Program-made: the position numbers and the translations under genes
Notes under the pieces: model-generated
What the model was told of the DNA's origin: nothing
The model's database searches: none
Seen by the model: the letters and a program-made list of their open reading frames with translations, nothing else
Shown: piece by piece, positions 19,038 through 29,925 of the stretch
How positions within the stretch are numbered: the stretch's first letter is position 1
How the letters are laid out: each line of letters starts with the position of its first letter
NCBI GenBank assembly: GCA_024275515.1
Contig: JAJRYZ010000255.1
Coordinates: forward strand, 8,890 to 72,889
Reading direction: 5' to 3'
Length of the DNA stretch: 64,000 nt
Source of the DNA: Spirochaetota bacterium
Lineage (GTDB): Bacteria; Spirochaetota; Spirochaetia; ARS1246

Positions 19038-20546
19038 ATGAAGCGAGTTATTTCGTGCTTGGTCTTGGTCATGCTGCTCCTGTTATCCGCGCAGGTGTTT
19101 GCTTCCGGGGATCAAGAGAAGGCGGCCGACGCGGTTGAAAAACCGGTATTGAAGTTTCTGGGAGGAAGCATCGGGGTTTTTGGAGATCCCAACGAAGGAC
19201 CGGCCAAGGAAGCGCTGGAGGCAATTACGGGGTATCGGCTTGAGGTTACCTCTCTACCGACGGAAAACAGAGCCCAGGCGCTGAATTTGCAGATGGCGTC
19301 CGGGGAAAAATATGATCTGATCCGGAACGTCGACGAATCGCAATTCCTCACCTTTGTCGCAAACGGCGCCGTGCTTCCGATCACGGAACTTGTCAACGAA
19401 TATGGCCCACATATCAAAGCCGCCGTTCCTGATGAAGTATGGGAAGCACTCCGGGCGAAAGACGGCTTGGTATACGGCTTTCCCAGTACCGCCTCACCTA
19501 TTCTTGGAATGGCCATGGTCGCTCGGACGGATTGGCTGGAGAAGCTCGGACTGCAGGCGCCGCAGAATCTCGATGAGTTCCGGGACGCACTCAGAACGAT
19601 AAAAGACCGGGACCCGGGCAACATAGGCGCTCGACTGATTCCGTATACCGGATTCGACTGGTGGCGCTGGAAACATGTCGCTTTTCAGGAGCCGTTCCTT
19701 TCCGCGTTCGGTCTGACGTATGAGTGGATAGAGAAGAATGGCGAGATCATATCTCGATATGAATCTGATGGAATGATGAAGTACATCGAGTATATGAAAG
19801 GACTGTATGAGGATGGCCTTCTTGATCCCGATTTCGCCGTTCTTCAAAAGAATGTCGTGGATGAGAAAGTCACATCCGGACGCGTCGCTTTTGCACTCTA
19901 TCACTGGGACTCGATGTATAAGACCCGAAACGCCTGGGCGGCGGAAGGGAAGGACTGGGAAATCGACTACATCAAGTATCCCGTTGGACCGAACGGGCGA
20001 ACCGGGGCGGCGGTGGGTTCCGGCGTGGGTGTCTCTACTTTCATTCCTCAATTCGCTGAACACCCCGAGGACGCCGTGAAGTACGTCAACGAATTCATCA
20101 AACCGGAGAACTATCAGAGACTGATTATCGGGGACGAAGGAGTTCATTGGAAATGGGAAGGTGAGAGTCGCGTCCCCATTCTTCCAATCTTTAACGAAGA
20201 GCGCGGCAATATGTTCTGGTACGAACCCATTCGAATCGGAGAGGTCTACTACCCCTTGTGGAAAACCCGCGTTAACAAGATCAAGGGTATGGGTATCGCC
20301 TACAAGGAGACCGAAGACGTGTTGCTGGATATCGTACTGCGAAATCCGATCGGCATGGCGACACAACTCAGCGCAACCGAGCTGCATGCCTCTTCGCTTC
20401 GACAGATGGCGGGGGATGAGGTATTGAAGTTCATTCTCGGCGCGCGCGACATCGTCGAATACGACAAGTTTCTGAAGAAGTGGATGGATGAAGGCGGGGC
20501 GGCTTCAAAGCAAGAGATAAACGCCTGGTATTCGTCCCGGCGGTAG
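19038..20546 (+). CDS. Extracellular solute-binding protein, carbohydrate family 1
   Basis: Signal peptide ending VFA/SGDQE, RTDWLEKLGLQAP, GDEGVHW; GGAGG RBS. Confidence 0.92.
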   Translation: MKRVISCLVLVMLLLLSAQVFASGDQEKAADAVEKPVLKFLGGSIGVFGDPNEGPAKEALEAITGYRLEVTSLPTENRAQALNLQMASGEKYDLIRNVDESQFLTFVANGAVLPITELVNEYGPHIKAAVPDEVWEALRAKDGLVYGFPSTASPILGMAMVARTDWLEKLGLQAPQNLDEFRDALRTIKDRDPGNIGARLIPYTGFDWWRWKHVAFQEPFLSAFGLTYEWIEKNGEIISRYESDGMMKYIEYMKGLYEDGLLDPDFAVLQKNVVDEKVTSGRVAFALYHWDSMYKTRNAWAAEGKDWEIDYIKYPVGPNGRTGAAVGSGVGVSTFIPQFAEHPEDAVKYVNEFIKPENYQRLIIGDEGVHWKWEGESRVPILPIFNEERGNMFWYEPIRIGEVYYPLWKTRVNKIKGMGIAYKETEDVLLDIVLRNPIGMATQLSATELHASSLRQMAGDEVLKFILGARDIVEYDKFLKKWMDEGGAASKQEINAWYSSRR

Positions 20547-20573
20547 ATCCGACGGAACTCACATCGACCGTGT

Positions 20574-20608
20574 GGCGGCTGAGGCGTAGATATGATGCCT
20601 TGGCCGCC
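20574..20608. terminator. GC-rich stem-loop between convergent SBP and cheW genes
   Basis: GGCGGCTGAGGCGT...ATGCCTTGGCCGCC can pair using G-U pairs. Confidence 0.45.
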
Positions 20609-20673
20609 TCTCCACGAAAAGCCGCCTGTTCATGCTTGTTTCAGGAGCGCGGGCGCGTCGAGCCGGGCTAAGA

Positions 20674-21171
20674 CTAAGACACGGCCGCGCGCTCGGCGCT
20701 CTCGAACGCAACGATCTCACGCACACGCAGGACATTGAGCAATTCAGCTTCCGTCTGAATCACTCCCAAGCTGAACCTGCCCGCCGCATCGCCGAGGTGA
20801 GCCGGCGGCGGCTCGATGTCGGAGTGTTCGACCGTGATTATGTCTTCTACCCGGCTCACGAGCAGACCGATCATATCCGGGCCGGTCTCGTCATCCACCA
20901 CGCCTTTTTCCAAGAACCGGCTCATCATGCGCGAGTTTCTCAACACGACGCACCTAGATTCCGAGCGTATCTTCTGATCGCCGACGCCGATCCTGACGCC
21001 CAGGTCGATTACGGTGACTATCTGACCGCGCAGATTGAGTAACCCGCAGACATACTCCGGCGCCCCCGCGACGGGAACAATGTCGAGCTGGCGATTGATT
21101 TCATAGACAAGCAAAACATCGATCCCGAAGAGCATCTCACCGATCCTGAAAGTGACAAACTGACGCTTCAT
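20674..21171 (-). CDS. cheW: Chemotaxis scaffold protein CheW
   Basis: QFVTFRIG...FGIDV..V.EI, VAGAPEYVCGLLNLRGQIVTVIDL, GLLV..V.DI. Confidence 0.93.
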   Translation of the reverse strand: MKRQFVTFRIGEMLFGIDVLLVYEINRQLDIVPVAGAPEYVCGLLNLRGQIVTVIDLGVRIGVGDQKIRSESRCVVLRNSRMMSRFLEKGVVDDETGPDMIGLLVSRVEDIITVEHSDIEPPPAHLGDAAGRFSLGVIQTEAELLNVLRVREIVAFESAERAAVS

Positions 21172-21294
21172 ATTTCAACCTCCACTCCGGCCGTCAAACC
21201 GGCCACCGCCGCACGACCATCTCGGTCGTCTCGACCGGTGGCCGGAGTTTCAGATGTCACAATGAGAACTCCTGTCTCGTGACGGTGGACCGCG

Positions 21295-24200
21295 TCATCG
21301 CGGAACCAACGCTTTCAGCGTCGTGCGGAGTCCCTCTTTGTCGAATTTCGCCTCGAAAGCGTCGACCCCGGCGTCCAGAATTCGCTTTCGATCGCTTTCG
21401 TGCACCATGGAAGTGAGTGCCACGACAGGAAGTCCCGTATGCTTCCGGGAAGAGCGCACCAACGCAGTCAACTCTAATCCGTCAAGTTTGGGCATCTGAA
21501 TGTCCGTAACCAGCAGGTCGTAATCACTCGCGTTGAGCATGGACCACGCTTCTTCGCCGTCCTTCGCAACGTCCATTTCGCAGCCGATTTCCCTCAGGTA
21601 GGTGCTCACGACTATGCGGAAGAACTCCGTATCCTCGGCAAGCAATACGCGCTTCCCGCGGAGCTCTTCGCCGGCGCCGGTTTCCTGGTACATCGTGGGT
21701 TCCGCCGCTTCCAGTAGGCCATACACCTCGAGACAGATGATGAGATCCCCTCCCGCAACTATGGATCCCAAGACGCCCGTACCCGTAATTGTCTCTCTGT
21801 CGAGCCGAGCGTCCGTCTCGAGAATATCCTCGACACGACTTGCGCAAATCCCGACCCGCTTGCTCACGAGTTTCGGCACGATGACGAAGAGTTCGTCGTC
21901 GTCTGATTCCGGACGCTTCACGGGAAGATAATCGTGAAGCCTGATAAGGCGCATCGTGGCGTCTTCGTATTTCAGGTACTCCTTGTCATCTATCCATTCG
22001 ACGGCGCCTCGGTCGACTCTCTCTATCCGCTTTACCATCGACAGGTTGATCGCAAAGTGCTCGGAAGTGCCGCTTCGGAAGAGCAGCAGGGACTGCTTCT
22101 CCCTTATGCCGTCTCCGTCTTTGCCTTCAGATAGTGCCGATTCGATTCTCTCCAGGTCTCCTCCGAAACGCAGGCGAGCGGTAGTGGCCATGCCGGCCGC
22201 ATCCAGGATCATAGCGACGCGACCATCTCCCATAATCGTGGTGCCGGCGTAAAAGGGGCATTTTTTTAGATACGCCGGAAGAGGCTTAACGACGATCTCT
22301 TCGTTGTCTCTGAGAGTTTCGACGACAAGACCGTATGGGTTGGCGCCGACACGCAGGACGATTATGTTCAACGCGTTACGAAGATTGCGTCGCCGATCCG
22401 AAGCGTCGCGCCGTCGGTCGTCTTCGGCCTGTTTTCGTTTGGATTCGGACTCGCAGGATGCGTTCGCCGCCCGGTCGCTCGTTTCCCGCGAAATCGCGCC
22501 GGAGTCGAGCTCGGTAGCCCGTCGGTCCAGAATGCCTGTCCGCCGTTCGGCATGTCGCGTGCCCGTCGCGTCGACGTACGTGCTTTCGATTCCGAGCGCA
22601 TCGTTCAAGCGGATGAGAGGAAGCACTTTTTCGCGCAACCTCATCACCGGCCGTCCATGGATGCTCTCAATTCGGCGCGGTACATCCCGCGCGCGAATGC
22701 GCACCAGCTCCTCGATGTCGACCTGAGGGATCGCGAACACCCGATCTTCGTTCTCAAGGATCAACGCCGGCATGACGGCCAGCGTGAGAGGCAGTTTGAG
22801 CGTGACGCGAGTCCCCTGCCCGAGTTTCGATTCGATATCCACCGTTCCGCCTATTTTCTCGATGTTGGAACGTACCACGTCCATTCCCACACCACGCCCG
22901 GAAACGTCGCTTACCTGCTCCGCCGTTGAAAAACCCGGCGCAAGTATCAGCCGTAGCGCCTCGCGGTCCGACATCTGGTCTGCGTCATTTGGGGAGATCA
23001 TGTCACGTTCGATCGCCTTTTGCTTGATTCTTTCGGGATCGATACCGCCGCCGTCGTCGACTATCTCGATGACGACCTGCCCGCCTTCGTGCCGCGCACT
23101 CAGTTCGACGTGTCCCTGGGCCGCTTTTCCCGCGGCCTTTCGTTCCTCGGGAGTTTCAATGCCATGATCGGCGCAATTGCGAATGAGATGCGTGAGCGGA
23201 TCCCCGAGCGCTTCTATGATCGACTTGTCCAGCTCCACGTTTTCGCCTTGTATGACGAGCTCAATCTCCTTTCCCAGTTTTCGGCTCAAGTCACGGATCA
23301 GGCGGGGGAATTTCGAGAAGACGGTTCCGACCAACTGCATGCGGGTTCCCATGACACCGCCTTGAAGTTCACTCGTAACACCGTCAATGTCGAGCATAGC
23401 GCCGTTCAATAGCGGCAAATCGGAAAAGGTGCCGTCCAACAACTGGCGTAGCGCGGCGTTGATGTTGTTGAACTCGCGTTCGACAAGCTCCGCGAACGCA
23501 TCCGCGCCTCCATTGCCCGACGTGCGCGCCGCGGCGTCTAGACTTTCCCGGGAGGAAGCCAGTTGCTTCCTCAGCCGGTTCAATTCGGGGCTGCGCGCCA
23601 TTCCGGAGGACAGTTTTTCCATGAGCGACCGCTTAATGCGGTTGCGGCTCAGCACCAACTCTCCCGTGAGGTTCATCAGGTTATCCAGCAGGTCGATCCG
23701 AACACGAAGCGATTGGGAACTTGAGGACGCTCCCGTGTCTTTCTCTCGGCGCGGGGGATCCGTAACCGGCTCGCTCGATCGCGCGTCTCGGGTCGTCTCC
23801 TCCGGCGTCGACTCGCCGGCGGCCGTTTGGGAAGGCAGGAAGGCCACCAGCGGCGCCAGCTTTTCCGCGATCGCTTCTCTCAAGAATCAGTCGAGATCGG
23901 TCACTTTGACGATGGCCAGGTAATCGGCGAGAACGTCCTCCGCGCCGGCTTTTCCTTCCGCGGTTACTTGTTCACATATGGTTCGCAGCAATTCGCCGAG
24001 CCGTTCGGCAAGCTCGGCGGGAAGCTCGTCGAAATCGGCGGACTGCAGAAGACTCATAGCCTCTATAAACTCGGGAGTCCCCTGGTTCCGTGAATGAGCC
24101 GCCGCCTCACCGCTCTTTTCGTCCGACTTGAGAGAATCGGGCCGTTCGGACGGGAGTATCTCCGACAACCGGGCAAGCTCTTCATCGATGGGGATGGTTT

Positions 24201-24531
24201 CGGAGGCATGCACATCATCGATCAACACTCGAAGCTTATCGGCGCCTGCAAGCAGAACGTCCACGATTTCGGCCCGCACCGACAGCTTGCCGTCGCGTAT
24301 CAGGCCCATGATGTTCTCCATTGAATGGGCCAACTCGGTGATATGGGTCATCGAAAAGAAACCGAATCCCCCTTTCATGCTGTGGACGGCGCGGAAAATC
24401 CGATTCACCGCCTCCGGGTCCACGACATCGGGATGAGCCTCCAGCGCCATGAGCTCCGGTTCAATCGCCTCGAGATGCTCCTTCGATTCCGTGACCAGCT
24501 CATCGAGCAGGTCTTCATCAACATCGGCCAT
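21295..24531 (-). pseudogene. cheA: Hybrid CheA (HPt, dimerisation, HATPase, two CheW domains, REC) interrupted by an in-frame TGA at 23889-23887
   Basis: The HPt ORF (IFRAVHSMKG) and the kinase ORF (LRVRIDLLDNLMNLTGELV, HLIRNCADHGIE, GFST...SGRGVGMDVV) share one frame: ...KVTDLD-TGA-F-L-REAIAEKL. Confidence 0.8.
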
Positions 24532-24563
24532 GCGACGTACTCCTCTCTTTACCCGTCCGCGAA

Positions 24564-24944
24564 TCAGAACTCATCATCGATATCAAGTACCTCCATGAGC
24601 CGGGTCGTGATATCCTCGGGCGTGAACGGCTTGGTCACGTAATGTCTGGCGCCGAGCCGGATGGCCTTAAGCACGGACTCCTTCTCCGATTCGGCGCTGA
24701 CCATGATTACCGGAATATGCTGGAAGTTCGGGTTCGCCTTGATAATCTCGAGGCATTCGATCCCGTCCATCTCAGGCATGGTGATATCCAGGGTAATGGC
24801 GGCTATGTGAGCTGCATCCGTCTCCAGAGCCTCCAGCGCCTCGCGCCCGTCCTTGGCTTCGATTATTTCATACCCCATTATTTGCGCAGCGCCGGATATC
24901 ATCCGTCTCATTACGGTCGAGTCGTCTACAACGAGTAGCTTCAT
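24564..24944 (-). CDS. cheY: CheY-like single-domain response regulator
   Basis: MKLLVVDDS, ITLDITMPEMDG, MVSAE, YVTKPF. Confidence 0.88.
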   Translation of the reverse strand: MKLLVVDDSTVMRRMISGAAQIMGYEIIEAKDGREALEALETDAAHIAAITLDITMPEMDGIECLEIIKANPNFQHIPVIMVSAESEKESVLKAIRLGARHYVTKPFTPEDITTRLMEVLDIDDEF

Positions 24945-25806
24945 TGTCGGCTCCTTGGTATTGAGTTTTTGACCTGGTAGTAGACGCCCGTCGTTCCCGT
25001 TCTCATGTCAAACGCGGTGCTGTAGCCGGCCAACGACTCCGACGCACCGAGGAAAAAGTAGCCCCCGGGGTAAAGCGCTTTGGATATTCGGTCGAACAGG
25101 TCGCGCTTGAACTCATCGGAGAAATAAATGGCGGTGTTTCGACAGAGAATAATGTCGAAACTTCCGAGCTGAGCAAAAGAGTTCTGGAGGTTGAATTTCT
25201 TCAATCTCACCATCCGCTTGACCTCCGGAGCGATTTCCACACCCGCCCGTTCTGCACAAAGAACGCGTCCCGATACTCCGGCGGAAGTCCGCGGCTCATT
25301 GCAATGGATTCGTAGCGCCCAAGCTTGGCAAGGCGCAGGGCGCTCGTTGAAATGTCCGATGCGAGTATGTCGCAGCTCAGTTTTGCGATGTCCGGGTTCG
25401 AACGTGCGGCGTCTATGAAGGTCATCGCGATGGAGTACGGCTCCTGCCCCGTCGAGCAGGCTGCCGACCAGATTTTTATGGATGTGCGGCCGTTCTCGCG
25501 CGCCCGGTTTGCGTATTCGGGAAGCAGGATCTCCTTCAGGATGGTGAAGGGGTGACTGTCGCGAAACCACAGTGTCTCGTTCGTGGACATCAGATCGACG
25601 ACCTTGTCGCGCAGATCGTCGTCTCCACCGTATTTGACTTTGTTGTAGAATTCGGAGAACGATTCGCACCCCGTTTCCAGAACCAGGGAACCCAGACGCG
25701 TCTCTATGAGATATGCCTTATTTTCCGCAACCAGGATACCGCTCATCTCCGCCAACAGCTTGCGAAACGCCGAGAACTCGCGTGCACTTATGCTGAGCAC
25801 CGCCAT
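24941..25806 (-). pseudogene. cheR: Chemotaxis methyltransferase CheR, frameshifted by a 1-nt deletion near 25237
   Basis: The N-part (TNETLWFRD, IWSAACSTGQEPYS, ASDIS) and the C-part (FNL...FDIILCRN..IYF...PGGYFFLGASESL) lie in different frames. The junction GTG TGG AAA TCG needs one extra base to read VW-E/K-IAPEVK. Confidence 0.85.
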
Positions 25807-26423
25807 CAATCGGTTCCCGACGGCTCCGTACCGCGTCGGTCCGCGCGGGGCGACAGAAGATCAATGACCTCCGCGATCCGACCTTTCGAATCGTCGATCT
25901 CGCGAAGGATCGACACGGCCTCGTCGATTTTCCGCCTCAACTCAAAAACACGCGCCTCGAGCACCCGTACTTCGTGTTCGGCATGACGTTCAACGACATC
26001 CTTCGCTTCACGAACATCGCTCAGCTCCGCGTCACGCGACAGATAATCACAAACATTACTTATCTTTTCCAGCAGAAGTGTACCGTCCACCGGCTTCTCG
26101 ATGTAATCGCGCGCTCCCATGCGCATCGCCTCCACGGCGGAGCGTACGGAATTACTCGCGGTAATGACGATAACCTCCAGCTCGGGACGTTCCGCCTTGC
26201 ATCGGCGCAGCACATCGAGACCCGATATTCCCGGCAGCATCAAATCCGTGACCAGCAGATCGTACGCGCCCGACGAAAGCCGCTCCAGACCTTCCTCCCC
26301 CGTTTCAACCGCGTCGACGATACACTCACCGAAACCGTATTCATCAAGTCCCTCTGCAAGAATACCCCTGAACATCTCAACCATTATCGGATCGTCTTCT
26401 ATGTGTAGTATTCTCATTGTCAT
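25806..26423 (-). CDS. Response regulator (REC + C-terminal coiled coil)
   Basis: RILHIEDD, YDLLVTDLMLPG, VITA, DYIEKP; helical tail. ATG overlaps the cheB stop. Confidence 0.85.
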   Translation of the reverse strand: MTMRILHIEDDPIMVEMFRGILAEGLDEYGFGECIVDAVETGEEGLERLSSGAYDLLVTDLMLPGISGLDVLRRCKAERPELEVIVITASNSVRSAVEAMRMGARDYIEKPVDGTLLLEKISNVCDYLSRDAELSDVREAKDVVERHAEHEVRVLEARVFELRRKIDEAVSILREIDDSKGRIAEVIDLLSPRADRRGTEPSGTD

Positions 26424-27490
26424 CCTGCTCCCTTCCGGGCGAGGGCTACGATACGTTCCGCGATTTTGTCCAGGTCCACTGACTCGTCGCTCAATCCCGC
26501 GGCATCGACGGCTTGCGGCATGCCGTACACGACGCATGTTGTCTCGGACTGCGTGATACAATAGCATCCTTTCCGCTTCAGCGCCTCTACGCCTTTCTTC
26601 CCGTCCGAACCCATTCCCGTCATTATCGCGGCAAGAACTCCTTCATCGCCGTAACATGCGGCGAGTGCGCGGAAAAGCACGTCGACCGCCGGCCGACAAC
26701 TGTTTTCCTTGGGACCGTCGTTGACGCCGACCGTAACGCCGTTCGCAGTCTTGCGTACAACCATGTGCCGACTGCCCGGAGCGATCAGCGCAAGACCGGG
26801 TCGAAGAATATCTCCCTCTTTGCCCTCCCGAACGACAAGTTCGGACTTCCTGTTCAAATCGGCGGCCAACGCCTTCGTAAACGGCGCGGGCATATGCTGC
26901 ACCACGACGACGGGCAGCGGAAAACTACGCGGCAGGGCGGGAATTACTCGAGCCAGCGCGTTCGGACCTCCGGTAGAAATACCGATACCCAGCACGCCAA
27001 ACCGAGTGGGAACAGGCGCGATGCGACGTTGCGCGGGCCTTTCGTCCGTTCTTCCCACCGCGCCGCGCATGCGTCGGCGAAGCCAAACGGCTTTGAGTAC
27101 ATCCTGCAAAGCGGTCTTCAGCTCCGTTGCGTTCTCCGCCGCGTCCGGGCCAATCGGCTTGCGGACAAACTCGAAAGCCCCGGCATTCATGGCTTTTATC
27201 GTCGTTGACGCGGCGTGTTCCGAGACTCCGCTTACCATCACGACGTCAACATCGGGGAAATCGCGCTTGATCCGGCCGAGCGTCTCGAGCCCGCCGATGC
27301 CCGGCATCTCGACGTCCAGCAATACCAGATCAAACCTCGATGCGGCGAGTTTTTTAAGCGCAATTTCCCCCGTGGGAGCCCTCTCCCCTACCGTGGCGAA
27401 GGGGAGAGCATCGACGGCGTCGGAAACCAAGGCGCGATAAGTTATCGTGTCGTCGACGACGAGTGCGACGAGTTGTTCGGTCATTCGCAT
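26420..27490 (-). CDS. cheB: Chemotaxis methylesterase CheB (REC + methylesterase)
   Basis: GISTGGP, VQHMP, RPAVDVLF, MTGMGSDG; the Ser/His/Asp triad is intact. Confidence 0.95.
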   Translation of the reverse strand: MRMTEQLVALVVDDTITYRALVSDAVDALPFATVGERAPTGEIALKKLAASRFDLVLLDVEMPGIGGLETLGRIKRDFPDVDVVMVSGVSEHAASTTIKAMNAGAFEFVRKPIGPDAAENATELKTALQDVLKAVWLRRRMRGAVGRTDERPAQRRIAPVPTRFGVLGIGISTGGPNALARVIPALPRSFPLPVVVVQHMPAPFTKALAADLNRKSELVVREGKEGDILRPGLALIAPGSRHMVVRKTANGVTVGVNDGPKENSCRPAVDVLFRALAACYGDEGVLAAIMTGMGSDGKKGVEALKRKGCYCITQSETTCVVYGMPQAVDAAGLSDESVDLDKIAERIVALARKGAG

Positions 27491-27540
27491 CGTGCCATAT
27501 CACCATTCATAATTCACATGTCGCTGAATTCGGAAAGTTC

Positions 27541-29925
27541 TCAACTCGTTTTGAATTGCCCGACCAGCTCGCTCAGGCGCGCGGCCATTTCCGCCAGATC
27601 CGCGCTGCCGGCGTTCGTCTGGTCCGCGCCGGACTTGACCACTTCCGACGACAACCTCAAACTCTGAATGTTCTCGGACACTTCGGCTGCGCCGGTCGAC
27701 GCTTCCTGGATGTTTCGTGAAATGTCGGTGGCGGCCTGCGATGCGCTCCCGACGCTGTGAGCGAGTTCATTGGTGGTGGCAGACTGTTCCTCGACCGCGC
27801 CGGCGATCGTTTGCATGACTCCACTGAGCTGGTCGATCGTTTCCGAAATAACGCCGGTGGCGACTACGGCTTCTCCCGTCTTACCCTGCATTTGGCCGAT
27901 GAGCCGCCCGATCTCTTCGGTCGCCTGGGCCGTCTGCTTCGCCAGTTCTTTTACCTCGTTTGCCACTACGGCGAAGCCCTTCCCGGCTTCCCCCGCGCCC
28001 GCGGCCTCGATGGCGGCGTTGAGAGCCAACAGGTTTGTTTGGTCGGCGATGTCGCTGATAGTCTCGAGAACCTTGCCTATTTCCTCCGCGGATGTGTTAA
28101 GCGCCTCCATGGTCTTACCGGCCGCGTTCGATTTCGCGTTGGCGTCCATCGACATCCGCGAGCCGTCCGCGCAATTCCTGGCTACCTCCGAAAGCGACGA
28201 GCTCATCTGCTCGATCGCCGCGGCGGCCGTGGTAACCGTCGTCGACATTTCCTCGGCGGCCGCGGCGATGTTCGTGAGATTTGACGACAGTTCCTCAACG
28301 GCGGCCGCGGCGCCGGTAGAATGCATGTTCATCTCATCGGCCGAGGAAGCCGATTCTCCCGCGTTTGCCGTTAGCTCCTCGCTCGTCGAAGCCAGGACGG
28401 AGGTGTGAGTCGCCACCTCGCGGATGATGCCCTGCAGCTTTTCCATGAAAAAGTTGAAATAGCGGGCCAATTCGCCGAGTTCGTCCGTTCTCTTCAGGTC
28501 GATGCGCGCGGTAAGATCGCCTTCGCCTTCGCTGATATCTTTCAACATCGCGACGGTCCTGTTGAGTGGAGCGGATATTCCGCGCGACACGAAATAAACC
28601 AACACGATAACGATAAGAGTCACGGCGACCGCGATGGAGGCGAGGGAAATGAGTGATGCACGTGAAGACGCTCGCAGCGACGCGACCTCGTCGAGCAAGT
28701 CCGCCGACAGTTTGTCTTCGACTTCCTTCATCAGGTCTATTTTGCGGGTGATCGTATCGAACCAAAACGACACATCGACGCCGAAATTGCCGTTTACCAA
28801 CGAGTCGGCCAACTCCGCCAAGGCGGCGAGGGCGGGACCGTCGTCGACTTTCACTATCGCGTCGGTTTCCGATATCGTTTTATGTTCGGTGTCGTACGCC
28901 TCGACAACCTTTGCTAGTCCGTCGTTGTATTCGGAGAGCGTGCTACGTATCGTCGCGTACCATTCGATCTCCCTATCACTCTCGGCCAACGACTCAAGCT
29001 CATCGAGCAATCGGTTCGCCCGCTCGTAATTCTTTTGGAAACGGTCGCGGTACTTCGTGTCGTTTCGCAGCACATAGTTCTTGAAGTTGTGAATAGCGCC
29101 GCCGTAGCCGATTTCGCTCATGAGCTTTGCGACTATCGTCGCTTTACCGGTAAGCTCTCCTTTCTTGTAGACGATGTCCCGGATCCTCTGTACTTCCTCT
29201 ACGGCCGGATCCGAGAGTTTCCGTTCGAAAAAAGCGACATCGTCGGGCGAAGCTATCCTCCTGAAAGCGGACAGATAGGTTTCTTGAGCATTAACCAGAG
29301 ACACGACCCGTTGCAGCGCGCCGGGTTCGAACCGATTCGCGGTGAGGATTCTGCTTACCACCGCCCTTTCGATTCCGGCCCGCTCTTTGCTTTGTAGAAA
29401 ACTGTCGTAAGCGGTGGCGGTTCTGGACAGTTCGCTGACGTCGCTGAATCGCGACACCCCCGATACGATGTCCAGCAGGGAAGTGTTGTGTTCGGTGTAC
29501 AAGCGCAACGCCTCGGCGGCCGGAATCGACAGACCGTCGACTTTGGCCCGGTAGTCGTCGATCGATTCCATATTCTTCACCGCGACCGCCAATTCCTCCT
29601 CGAACTCCCGACCGAATGCGGAGGCGTCGAAGGAGTCCAGATACTCCAACAGAGTCGCCCGACCGGCGTCGGTAGCTCTTCGCTGCGCGGCCAACTCCTC
29701 GCCGAAAATAGCCCCGCCGCTCGTCATAAAGACGTAGGATGCACCGCGCTCTTTCTGCGTCTCGTGAACATACCCGCCGACGTGACTCACCAGTTGCACA
29801 AGGCGATTCAGATCGTTCGTGTGGACGAAATCGCTCCAGGCGCCGTTCACCGAAATACCGGTAAGAACGAGCGCGAAAATAAGAGGAATCCCCGTAATCA
29901 ACATCAGCCGAAACCGTATCGACAT
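27541..29925 (-). CDS. Methyl-accepting chemotaxis protein with NIT (nitrate/nitrite-sensing) periplasmic domain, HAMP and signalling domain
   Basis: [11 protein letters not shown] and [12 protein letters not shown] motifs, TM2, [55 protein letters not shown]. Confidence 0.92.
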   Translation of the reverse strand: MSIRFRLMLITGIPLIFALVLTGISVNGAWSDFVHTNDLNRLVQLVSHVGGYVHETQKERGASYVFMTSGGAIFGEELAAQRRATDAGRATLLEYLDSFDASAFGREFEEELAVAVKNMESIDDYRAKVDGLSIPAAEALRLYTEHNTSLLDIVSGVSRFSDVSELSRTATAYDSFLQSKERAGIERAVVSRILTANRFEPGALQRVVSLVNAQETYLSAFRRIASPDDVAFFERKLSDPAVEEVQRIRDIVYKKGELTGKATIVAKLMSEIGYGGAIHNFKNYVLRNDTKYRDRFQKNYERANRLLDELESLAESDREIEWYATIRSTLSEYNDGLAKVVEAYDTEHKTISETDAIVKVDDGPALAALAELADSLVNGNFGVDVSFWFDTITRKIDLMKEVEDKLSADLLDEVASLRASSRASLISLASIAVAVTLIVIVLVYFVSRGISAPLNRTVAMLKDISEGEGDLTARIDLKRTDELGELARYFNFFMEKLQGIIREVATHTSVLASTSEELTANAGESASSADEMNMHSTGAAAAVEELSSNLTNIAAAAEEMSTTVTTAAAAIEQMSSSLSEVARNCADGSRMSMDANAKSNAAGKTMEALNTSAEEIGKVLETISDIADQTNLLALNAAIEAAGAGEAGKGFAVVANEVKELAKQTAQATEEIGRLIGQMQGKTGEAVVATGVISETIDQLSGVMQTIAGAVEEQSATTNELAHSVGSASQAATDISRNIQEASTGAAEVSENIQSLRLSSEVVKSGADQTNAGSADLAEMAARLSELVGQFKTS

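Noticed and set aside
23887-23889. Selenocysteine recoding of the cheA UGA
   Set aside because: The position is in a non-catalytic linker with no Cys/redox context, and I see no convincing SECIS hairpin directly downstream.
25228-25245. Programmed -1 ribosomal frameshift in cheR
   Set aside because: No X XXY YYZ slippery heptamer at the junction; a simple indel is more parsimonious.
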